From a virus: DNA of 40,837 nt. Within the stretch, counting starts at the first letter, position 1. Each line of letters opens with the position of its first letter. A model generated the notes under the pieces. The model was given only the letters and a program-made list of their open reading frames with translations. It ran no database searches and had not been told where the DNA came from. Location: IMG/VR virus record IMGVR_UViG_3300006854_000016. The stretch is one strand, 5' to 3'. Of this stretch, positions 8,201 to 15,472 are shown piece by piece. A program made the translations under genes and the position numbers.

Positions 8201-10024
8201 TCATAGAAACGACCAGCGCCCGACGTTGCCGTCGGTGTCCGCCAGGGCTTGAAATTTGAAATCCATCACCATGAACCGCTCGAGCTGCTCGGGCAGCACG
8301 AGGTCCGTCGCCACGCAGCGGTTCAGGATGACGGCCATCTGGCGGCCATTATAGCGCGCCCGGAGCGTCACCTTGAACGTGGGCGCGAGGCCCCCCGGCC
8401 GGTTCGTCACGGAGATCGACTGGCCGACCGTGACGCTGTAGGTGTAAGAGATTTTGACCGCCACCCCTCGATCGGCCGCAGCGAAGAGGTACGTCGAACC
8501 CGTGAGCGAGAACGTCCCCGAGGCCGACGGCACTCCCGAGACCCGGGTCAGGAATGCGCCCGTGGCCGCGTAGGCGACCCCGAGATCTCCCGCGAACGTC
8601 CCCGAGTTGGGGGGGGCGATCGTCACCCCCGGCTCCGGGCTCGTGATGAGGACCCGCCCGACGAGCGCGAAGTCCGACTCGTCCGTGAAGACGCCCTGCG
8701 TCGAAGCCACGAGGCAGACCCCGACGAGGCTCGTCCCGTGGGTCGTCACGATCGCCCCGGTGAAGAGCACGGATCCGGCGTCGACGGTGATCGTCACAAC
8801 GCCGGCAGGGTCGACGGCGATCGCGACTTCGTGCCAGGCGTCGTCGGTCATGCCCACGGTGACGGCGTGCGTCCCCGTCGCGTCGACGACCGAGAGGTCG
8901 CCGTTCGTCTGCAGATAGACCTGGCAGAGTTGGTACGCGGTGAACCCGACGACCTCTGCGATGAGGTCGATCCTCGGCCGGTGCGTCCTCCCCGACTTCC
9001 CTTGCACGACCCATGTCACGGTGTACGGGACGTTGATCGCGGTGAACTGGCGGAGCATGTTCGGCGCGCCCGCGCTCGTCCACGAGAGGCTGACGGCCTT
9101 CCCGCCTCCGGCCGGTGGGTTCGACGCGACGACCATCTCGTCAACGGCGCCGCTGTTGAGGGTCGTCCAGAGTCCGCCGCTCGCGACCCCGAGCTCCCCG
9201 GGCGTGTAGAGGAATTGCTCGTCGAGCGAGGTCGCGGGGGAGAGGGTGTACGGGCGGTCCACGTCCACGAGGACGCCCCCGGTCGCCGTGTCCTCTCCGA
9301 AGAAGATCTGGTTCGAGAGGAGCGAGTCGATCGCCGCGAGCTGCGCGGTCCCCTCGATGGTCGTGTACTTCCGGGCGGCGCTGATCGCGTAGAGCTGGCC
9401 GGACCTCGCCCAGGTGAGCTCTTGCGCGCCCTCGAGGCGGACGCCCTTGAGGCCCCCGAACCGGACCACGGTCGGGAGCGTGGGCGCCGCCTGGTCCCCC
9501 TGGCGGCCGGTGAGCGTGGCGAACATCTCGCCCACGTCGAACACGAACTGGCGGCCGGATCCGTCGTTGTCCTGTCCGACGAGGATGCGGATCGGGACCT
9601 CGACGAGGGACGGGTTCGCCAGCGCCAGCCCCTCCTCGATCCCCGTGCGGCCCTCGACCCAGCAGTGGGAGACGATGTCGCCGAGCGTCTGGAAGCCCGT
9701 GACCGGGTCGGGCGCGAGCGCCCCGCGGATCGCGTCGAGGAAGTCATTGATGTCCGGGGACTTCGCCTCGTCCGGCTGCTGCCCGGGCCGGAGCCCGCCG
9801 ATCAGGCGGGCGTCGAGCGTGTCGAGCGCGGGCGTGCCCTTGCTCTGCTCCGTCTCCTCCCCGATCTCGACGATCGCGAGGTACGGGCAGGCGGCCTCCG
9901 GGCTGCGCGGGTCCGCCGGCAGCCGGCGGGTGATGTTGGCCGCCGGACAGATCGTGGTGAGCGGCGTCCACGCCTGGAGGCGGGCGAGGAGCGCGTCGTA
10001 GACCGCGTTGCGCGTCCAGCTCAT
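8201..10024 (-). CDS. Tail protein: tail-terminator-like (DUF3168-like) N-domain fused to a ~450-aa beta-rich extension
   Basis: Single 607-aa frame; ATGA overlap at 10021-10024. The N-terminal 'AVYDALLARLQAW...CPYLAIVEIGEE' sits in the tail-terminator slot. The middle segment 'WHEVAIAVDPAGVVTITVDAG' is jelly-roll-like. The last ~60 aa weakly resemble tube C-termini. Confidence 0.55.
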   Translation of the reverse strand: MSWTRNAVYDALLARLQAWTPLTTICPAANITRRLPADPRSPEAACPYLAIVEIGEETEQSKGTPALDTLDARLIGGLRPGQQPDEAKSPDINDFLDAIRGALAPDPVTGFQTLGDIVSHCWVEGRTGIEEGLALANPSLVEVPIRILVGQDNDGSGRQFVFDVGEMFATLTGRQGDQAAPTLPTVVRFGGLKGVRLEGAQELTWARSGQLYAISAARKYTTIEGTAQLAAIDSLLSNQIFFGEDTATGGVLVDVDRPYTLSPATSLDEQFLYTPGELGVASGGLWTTLNSGAVDEMVVASNPPAGGGKAVSLSWTSAGAPNMLRQFTAINVPYTVTWVVQGKSGRTHRPRIDLIAEVVGFTAYQLCQVYLQTNGDLSVVDATGTHAVTVGMTDDAWHEVAIAVDPAGVVTITVDAGSVLFTGAIVTTHGTSLVGVCLVASTQGVFTDESDFALVGRVLITSPEPGVTIAPPNSGTFAGDLGVAYAATGAFLTRVSGVPSASGTFSLTGSTYLFAAADRGVAVKISYTYSVTVGQSISVTNRPGGLAPTFKVTLRARYNGRQMAVILNRCVATDLVLPEQLERFMVMDFKFQALADTDGNVGRWSFL

Positions 10025-10482
10025 CGGGGCGCCGGGAAGATGGCCGAACTATGGACCGTCTCGCCGAACCGGTCGCGGTACTCGCCCACGGTCGACCGCA
10101 GGAAGCTCCGCTCCCGGTACTGGACCGTGTACGACCGGACGAAAATCGGATGATCGCCGGACGGGTTATTCCGAAGATGCGCCGGCACCACCACGAGCAG
10201 GCCGTACTCGTGCGGCTTCGCGTACGGGGCCTCGCGTCCGGCGTAGATCCGCAGGATCACGGCTCGGCCGGGGACGACCTCGACCTCCCGGTGGATCGAC
10301 CGCGAGAGCTTGCCGGTGACGCGCCGGAGGACCTGGCCGGAGAGCTTGTCGGCCTTGATCGTGCTCACCATCTCGAGGCCGAGGTTCCCGAGGCGGCGCA
10401 CGAGCCGGCTCTCCACCTGCTGCGGGATGCCCTTGAGGCGGTCCGTGTTGACGACGACGGTGAACGGCAGGGGCGGGGGCAT
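10021..10482 (-). CDS. HK97 gp10-like tail completion / head-tail joining protein
   Basis: 153 aa starting MPPPLPFTVVVN (re-called from track ORF 10021..11271); ATG shares 1 nt with the upstream TGA. 'GQVLRRVTGKLSRSIH' fits the gp10-family pattern; synteny supports the call. Confidence 0.5.
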   Translation of the reverse strand: MPPPLPFTVVVNTDRLKGIPQQVESRLVRRLGNLGLEMVSTIKADKLSGQVLRRVTGKLSRSIHREVEVVPGRAVILRIYAGREAPYAKPHEYGLLVVVPAHLRNNPSGDHPIFVRSYTVQYRERSFLRSTVGEYRDRFGETVHSSAIFPAPR

Positions 10483-11102
10483 CAGTACCCCCCGAAGCGC
10501 GGCACCCGGACCCACCGCGCGAGCTTCCCCTCGGCGTCGGGGTCCCACTCCTGATCCATGTAGGACGTGACCTCGCCCTGGATGGCGAGAGACTTGAGCC
10601 CCTGACGGTTGCGCCGCAGGTACTCGAACGCCCCCTGAATCTGCGCCGCGCGCTTGATGTCCTCCGGCACGGCGGAGTACCCGGCGACATAGACGACCGT
10701 GCAATTCTGGATCCCCTTGCGGAAGACCCGCCCCGCACCCATCGGACTCGGGGAGAACCCCGGGACCGCAACCCCGCCCTCGCTCAGATAGATCGTGTCC
10801 TGATCGAAGATGTACCCCGCGTGCTGCGCGTCCACGGCCGCCGGGATGGTGACGCCGTCGATCAGCACGGACGTGACGGACACGATCGGCGTCTGCTTCA
10901 TGATCACCGCGTACCGCCCGGTCCCGTTGAACCGGACGGTGTAAGTGTTCTGGAGGATGTCCCGGCCGAGCTTCCGCTGGACGGCGGGCGTCATGCCGGC
11001 GGCGATGTCCGCCAGGATGGCGTCGTCGGTCGCGGTCATCGTCTTCGACTGGACCTGGCTCTTGATCTTCGCGACCGTGGTGAAGGCGGTGTCGGCCGGC
11101 AC
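10482..11102 (-). CDS. Head-tail connector/adaptor (gp6-like N-terminal region)
   Basis: 206 aa, GTG start. 'TVAKIKSQVQSKTMTATDDAILADIAAGMTPAVQRKLGRDI' resembles the gp6-like connector motif; synteny supports the call. Confidence 0.5.
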   Translation of the reverse strand: MPADTAFTTVAKIKSQVQSKTMTATDDAILADIAAGMTPAVQRKLGRDILQNTYTVRFNGTGRYAVIMKQTPIVSVTSVLIDGVTIPAAVDAQHAGYIFDQDTIYLSEGGVAVPGFSPSPMGAGRVFRKGIQNCTVVYVAGYSAVPEDIKRAAQIQGAFEYLRRNRQGLKSLAIQGEVTSYMDQEWDPDAEGKLARWVRVPRFGGY

Positions 11103-11105
11103 GGC

Positions 11106-11324
11106 TCAGGCCCCCCCGGCGATCGGCGCGGGCTGCGTCCCCTCCGTCTCGTCCGGGACCTGCTCGAAGCAGTCGAGCCGGATGCCGTTCTCGCCCAGCC
11201 GCGCCGCCTGCGCCTCCTCCAGGAGGAAGAGGCCGCGAGGGTCTGCGGTGATGACGTGGCCGTCCACCCACAGCTCGGTCAGCCGCGCGAGGAGCTTGCC
11301 GGAGGTCCGGTAGTACGCCTTCAC
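11106..11324 (-). CDS. Hypothetical protein (head-tail region)
   Basis: 72 aa; GTGA overlap with the upstream ORF. Confidence 0.5.
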   Translation of the reverse strand: MKAYYRTSGKLLARLTELWVDGHVITADPRGLFLLEEAQAARLGENGIRLDCFEQVPDETEGTQPAPIAGGA

Positions 11325-11548
11325 GCGCCGACCACCTTGTAGCCGTGCGCCTTGAGGGACACGACCTCCGCGCCGGTCAGCTCGAGGACGCCGAACTCTC
11401 TATCGCTCGGGCGCCGGCCCCGTGCGACGACCTCGCGCCCCTCAACGGAGAGGCGGAGGACCGGTTTCATCCGGCCCTCCGCGTCCGTGATCTTGACGCC
11501 CGCGACGCTCACCGTGCGCCGGACGGGCTGGTAGACTCGGGCCAGCAC
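11321..11548 (-). CDS. Hypothetical protein (head-tail region)
   Basis: 75 aa; GTG start 1 nt after the upstream TAA. Confidence 0.5.
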   Translation of the reverse strand: MLARVYQPVRRTVSVAGVKITDAEGRMKPVLRLSVEGREVVARGRRPSDREFGVLELTGAEVVSLKAHGYKVVGA

Positions 11549-11549
11549 G

Positions 11550-12092
11550 TTAGGCCTGGTCCTTCGCCTTCTGCCATCCCTCGACCCACGAGGCCGCGAG
11601 CGCCTTCTGGTGGTCGGTCGCGTTCTCGGGATCCGCGACGGCGAGCGGGTTCGCGTCTTCCTTGACGTGCTTCTTGAAGTCCGCGGCCCCGCGGGTGAAC
11701 GCGGCGTGGATCTCGTCCTTCTCGTCGTGCGCCTGGTCCCAGCCGTCGATCCAGGCGTCCTTCTGCTGCGTCTCGGTCTTCGGGTTGTACGGGCAGTCCT
11801 TCCGCTTCTTCCCGTGGCCGAACGAGGCGTAGCCGATCTGGTTGAAGGGGATCGGGTCGAACGGCGTGCCCGGCTTCGCGTCGGACTCCAGCCGGTTCAC
11901 GATCATCCCGTGCTCCTTGAGATAGTGCGCCTCGAAGGCGCCGAGCTCGAAGGTCCCCTCCTTGTCGAGGGCCTTGATCTGCATCCCCTCGGGATACTCC
12001 TTCTTCTCGGGGTGCGGGATGGTCGCGAGGATGAGCGGGCGCGCGTTGCCCTGTCCGTCGGCGTTCGCGGGATTGAGAACCTGAAACTTCAT
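11550..12092 (-). CDS. Hypothetical protein with two Rmf/CrpP-like motifs (possible head accessory protein)
   Basis: 180 aa; AAGGAG RBS. 'KDCPYNPKTETQQKDAWIDGWDQA' and 'HQKALAASWVEGWQKA' resemble the Rmf-type 'CPY....W..GW..A' motif. Confidence 0.55.
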   Translation of the reverse strand: MKFQVLNPANADGQGNARPLILATIPHPEKKEYPEGMQIKALDKEGTFELGAFEAHYLKEHGMIVNRLESDAKPGTPFDPIPFNQIGYASFGHGKKRKDCPYNPKTETQQKDAWIDGWDQAHDEKDEIHAAFTRGAADFKKHVKEDANPLAVADPENATDHQKALAASWVEGWQKAKDQA

Positions 12093-12119
12093 GAGCGGCT
12101 CCTTTGGTGGACGCGATGA

Positions 12120-12145
12120 GGGGCCCGGCCTTTCGGCCGGACCCC
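12120..12145 (-). terminator. Strong stem-loop just downstream of the major capsid gene (attenuator/terminator candidate)
   Basis: Minus strand GGGGTCCGGCC-GAAA-GGCCGGGCCCC: 11-bp stem (one G.U pair) with a GNRA tetraloop. No U-tract follows. Confidence 0.4.
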
Positions 12146-12158
12146 GTCGCGCGGTTGG

Positions 12159-13763
12159 TTAGTTCGTGGACGCGATGTTCGTGATGAGCCCGAGCGAGAA
12201 CGGCGCGTACGACTGGAGGACGCCGGACCGGTAGGTTCCGTAGGTCCACTTGCGGGACACGACCGGATAGTCGAGCCCGTAGTAGTCGCGGCGCGTCTTG
12301 AACTGGATCAGGTTCGGCACCTTCGGCAGCGGGTAGGGCAGCTTGTAGGTCGTGAAGACCATCGTGCCCGGGGGGCAGTTCGGATGGATCACGATCGGGA
12401 TCAGCCGGCCCGTGGTGTTGCCCTGGCCCTGGATCGCTGCCCCGAACTTGTTCAGGTACGAGCCGATCACCAGACCGCCCGCGACCCCCGCCTGGATCAT
12501 CCGGGTCGCGTCGTGCGGGTCCACGTTGAAGCGGACGAGCGACGAGCCGCCGGAGGGCAGCACGAGGTTCGTGATGTCGAGCATCTGCTGGGCGTTCACC
12601 CAGATCTTGTCGGGCGAGAGGCGGTAGCGCGTCCAGAAGTGCTTGAACGCGGTCTCGATCTCGTTGACGCCCGCCGCACCGTTGCCGGTCAGCGGGGTCC
12701 CCGTGCCCGGGGTCCCGTTCGCCAGGACGTTCCGGTACGCGCCCGAGCTCGTGTCCCCGTCGCCCTGGGCGGCGCCGTTGATGAGCGAGAGCAGGCCGTC
12801 GTAGATCAGGTCGTCCTGCGAGAGGTCGGACGCCAGGCCGGCGTTGTTCGCCGCCGTGGTCCCCGCGCCGACCGCGTCCTGGATCTTGATGTTCGCGACG
12901 GACGAGATCCCGTAGAACAGGGCTCCCGCGCCGGTCGTCGGCCCGACCAGCCACGCATAGGCGACCGCGCCCACGACGGGCGTGACGCTGGCGCTGACGG
13001 TGTGGGCGTTGTTCCCGTCCGTGTCCGTCGTGATCGACGCGACGGCGCTGATCTGCCCGTTGAAGCCGGCGATCACGTCGGTCGATCCGTCGGCGTTCGT
13101 CCGGGTGTATGACATGAAGAGCACGTCGCCCGTCACGGCCTTGTAGTAGGTGTTGTCCCCGATCGAGGGACCCTTCCGCAGGCCGTCCGGCGTGAGCGCC
13201 ACGCAGTAGACCTTGAGGGTCGTGGTCTCCGGGATCGTTCCGCCGTCCGCCGTGTTGTCCGAGAGCGTCGGCGTCCCGCAGGTGCCGAGCGCGATCGACG
13301 TGTTGCCCCCGAAGATTTCCGCCTCTTCCTCGATCAGGAGCGAGGAGAGCATCGTGTAGTAGTTGACGTCCTTGACGTCATCGAAGCCCTCGGCCGCCTC
13401 GTCCGCCGCGAACGTGACGAAGGAGTCCATGCCGACTTCCTTGTACGCCGCGGTGTAGGCCTTCGTGGTGATCGAGATGAACGCGTTCCGGTTGCCCTCG
13501 GAGACGCCGATCGACTGCTTCGTGGTGTTGACGGCCGTGACCGCCTTCCAGTGCGTCGCGTCGCCGCCCTTGCCCTTCTCGGTCGGGAGTTCCTTGAGCA
13601 GCGGGGTGAGCACGGTGAAGAGGTTCTTCGCCGTGGCCTCGAGGTCGTACGAGGTCAGGTTCGAGGCGACGGTGATGCCCGCGGCCTTGAGGAGGTTCGT
13701 GATGCTGCCCTTCGCCCGCGCGTCGCGGAGGCTCTGGATCGTGGTATCGGTCAGCTCAGACAT
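12159..13763 (-). CDS. Major capsid protein (large, 534 aa, probably with an insertion domain)
   Basis: Immediately downstream of the protease-scaffold gene. Size and composition are typical. Followed by a strong hairpin. Confidence 0.75.
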   Translation of the reverse strand: MSELTDTTIQSLRDARAKGSITNLLKAAGITVASNLTSYDLEATAKNLFTVLTPLLKELPTEKGKGGDATHWKAVTAVNTTKQSIGVSEGNRNAFISITTKAYTAAYKEVGMDSFVTFAADEAAEGFDDVKDVNYYTMLSSLLIEEEAEIFGGNTSIALGTCGTPTLSDNTADGGTIPETTTLKVYCVALTPDGLRKGPSIGDNTYYKAVTGDVLFMSYTRTNADGSTDVIAGFNGQISAVASITTDTDGNNAHTVSASVTPVVGAVAYAWLVGPTTGAGALFYGISSVANIKIQDAVGAGTTAANNAGLASDLSQDDLIYDGLLSLINGAAQGDGDTSSGAYRNVLANGTPGTGTPLTGNGAAGVNEIETAFKHFWTRYRLSPDKIWVNAQQMLDITNLVLPSGGSSLVRFNVDPHDATRMIQAGVAGGLVIGSYLNKFGAAIQGQGNTTGRLIPIVIHPNCPPGTMVFTTYKLPYPLPKVPNLIQFKTRRDYYGLDYPVVSRKWTYGTYRSGVLQSYAPFSLGLITNIASTN

Positions 13764-13767
13764 TGGT

Positions 13768-15342
13768 TCAGGCTCCTTCGACCGCGCCCGTTCCCGGGTG
13801 AGCGATCACGATGGTCGGATTCTTGCGGGCGAGACGAATCAGGCCCATGACGGCGGCCTGGTTGCCCGGGTCCGCCTTGAGTTTCTCCTCGTATCCCTTG
13901 CGGAGATCCTCGTCGGACTGGGAGAGCTTCTCCCCTTCCGGCTTGGAGTCCGCGCTCTTCTCGACCGCCGCGGCGCGGGTCTTCCCCTTGCCGGCGACGG
14001 GTGTCTCGTCGAGGACCTTCGTGAGCCGCGCGATCTCGGCGTCCTTCTCCCCGATGGTCTTCTGGAGGGACTGGACCTCGCCGAGCGCCTTCTGCAGGTC
14101 GCCGGCCGGGGCCGCGGACTCCTTCGCTCCGCCAGCCGGCGCGCCCTCGGGCGCTTCCGTCGCCGTCTCCTCCTGCGCGGAGCCGCCCTCGTCCTTGAGC
14201 GCACCGCCCATCTTCTCGTGGATGGCCTTGAGCTTCGCGGACGCGGCCTCGCCCAGCTCGTCCTTGTGGGCGGTCATGACGTCGCCGAGCTCCTTCATGC
14301 AGGCCTCGAACTCCGCGTTCTTCGGATGCTTGCCCGCGGCCTTCCCGGCGGCCGAAGCGTCGGCGGCGGGAGCGGCGGGCGGCGTCGCCTCGGCGGGCTT
14401 CTCGGGCTCCGCGGCCTTCTCGCCGAGGAGCGAGCCCATCTTCTCATGCAGAGCCTTTGCCGCGTCCATGAGCTCTTTCATCGCGGCGCGCGTCTCCTTC
14501 GAGAACTTCGCGCCCTTCTTGACGAGGGAGCCGATCGACGCCGCGGCCTCGACGCCTTCCTCGACGGCCGGCGTCTCGTCCGTCACGCCCTCGCCGATCT
14601 CCTCGTTGAGGACGGCGGAGCAGACGGCCGCGCCCGCGGCCTCCCAGCTCTTCCAGAGCCCGGAGAGCGCGTCGACCTCGCCCTCCATCGCCTGCTCGGC
14701 GGTCCAGTTCTGCGCGGCGCCACGGATGGCCGCGAGGATCTCGATCGCGCGCGCGGCGCAGTAGAGCGACTTCTGGATCACGGGGAGCGTACGCGGCATC
14801 GGGTCCTCCTTGGCGGTGTCGATCACCATCGAGCGTTTGACCATGTCGAAAACGCACTCGGGGTTCGCCGGCCGGTCGACCAGGCTGACCTCGTTGATCT
14901 TGATCTTCGTGACGAGCTTGCCCTTCTTCGCGAGCACCTGGCCGCCGATCGAGTAACCCTTGAGCACGCCCTTCCGGACCTTCCGGATCGAGCCGGTATC
15001 CACGACCTCGGAGGTCAGGTACAGGCCCTTGTCGTCGACGTACCCGGTGAGCGCGACGCCCGCGGCGATCTTCGTGTGCATCTCGCGGACGTTCGACCAC
15101 TTGAAGTAGTCCGGCGCCGCGTTGTGGATCGCGTCGATCGCGATCTGTTCGTCCTGATCGTCGAGCGCGGTCGTCGAGGCGTATCCCGCGACGATGACCT
15201 CGTCCGAGCCGTCGCTCCCCTTCCGGAGTGTGACGTTCTCGAAATCGATCGGGACGAAGTAGGTGAATTGGTCGCCCTTCGTCAGGAAGACGGGGGCGAG
15301 CGGGGCGGTCGGCTTGCGGCAGGCGAGGCGGATGTCACTCAT
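13768..15342 (-). CDS. HK97-family prohead protease fused to a scaffold-like coiled-coil C-terminal region
   Basis: 524 aa. N-terminal 'VAGYASTTALDDQDEQI', 'NVREMH', 'LKGYSIGG' and 'NEVSLVDRPANP' fit the Peptidase_S78 pattern. The C-terminal ~300 aa are A/E/K-rich and helical. Confidence 0.8.
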   Translation of the reverse strand: MSDIRLACRKPTAPLAPVFLTKGDQFTYFVPIDFENVTLRKGSDGSDEVIVAGYASTTALDDQDEQIAIDAIHNAAPDYFKWSNVREMHTKIAAGVALTGYVDDKGLYLTSEVVDTGSIRKVRKGVLKGYSIGGQVLAKKGKLVTKIKINEVSLVDRPANPECVFDMVKRSMVIDTAKEDPMPRTLPVIQKSLYCAARAIEILAAIRGAAQNWTAEQAMEGEVDALSGLWKSWEAAGAAVCSAVLNEEIGEGVTDETPAVEEGVEAAASIGSLVKKGAKFSKETRAAMKELMDAAKALHEKMGSLLGEKAAEPEKPAEATPPAAPAADASAAGKAAGKHPKNAEFEACMKELGDVMTAHKDELGEAASAKLKAIHEKMGGALKDEGGSAQEETATEAPEGAPAGGAKESAAPAGDLQKALGEVQSLQKTIGEKDAEIARLTKVLDETPVAGKGKTRAAAVEKSADSKPEGEKLSQSDEDLRKGYEEKLKADPGNQAAVMGLIRLARKNPTIVIAHPGTGAVEGA

Positions 15343-15352
15343 TCATGGGCGA

Positions 15353-15383
15353 ACGCTACCACGGGGGGGACGGGGCGTGTCAA
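15353..15383 (-). promoter_or_regulatory. Promoter-like element (TTGACA-N19-TAGCGT) containing the conserved 13-mer CGTGGTAGCGTTC
   Basis: Minus strand TTGACACGCCCCGTCCCCCCCGTGGTAGCGTTC. The 13-mer is also present at 40220-40232. The -10 lies only ~10 nt from the protease ATG. Confidence 0.3.
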
Positions 15384-15391
15384 GCGACCCG

Positions 15392-15462
15392 GTGCGGGGG
15401 CGAGAGTCGAACTCGCTTGCGAGGGTAATGAACCCCCTTGGTGGCCGTTACCATACCCCGCA
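15392..15462 (-). tRNA. tRNA with CAU anticodon (Met; initiator-like anticodon stem)
   Basis: Hand fold: acceptor TGCGGGG/CCCCGCA (7 bp), D arm TGGT-AACGGCC-ACCA, anticodon arm GGGGG-TTCATTA-CCCTC, variable loop GCAA, T arm GCGAG-TTCGACT-CTCGC, discriminator C. No encoded CCA. Confidence 0.75.
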
Positions 15463-15472
15463 CCCGATCGCT

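Noticed and set aside
15392-15462. Opal-suppressor reading of the tRNA (anticodon UCA by shifting the loop one nt)
   Set aside because: That register needs G32, a G-A mismatch closing the anticodon stem and a D/26 layout that no longer fits. The CAU register gives five clean stem pairs. TGA is also the dominant stop codon in this genome.
15343-15472. tRNA-linked attachment site or prophage boundary
   Set aside because: The tRNA is complete and internal to the structural module. No integrase is present, and the genome closes on itself through the 110-bp repeat.
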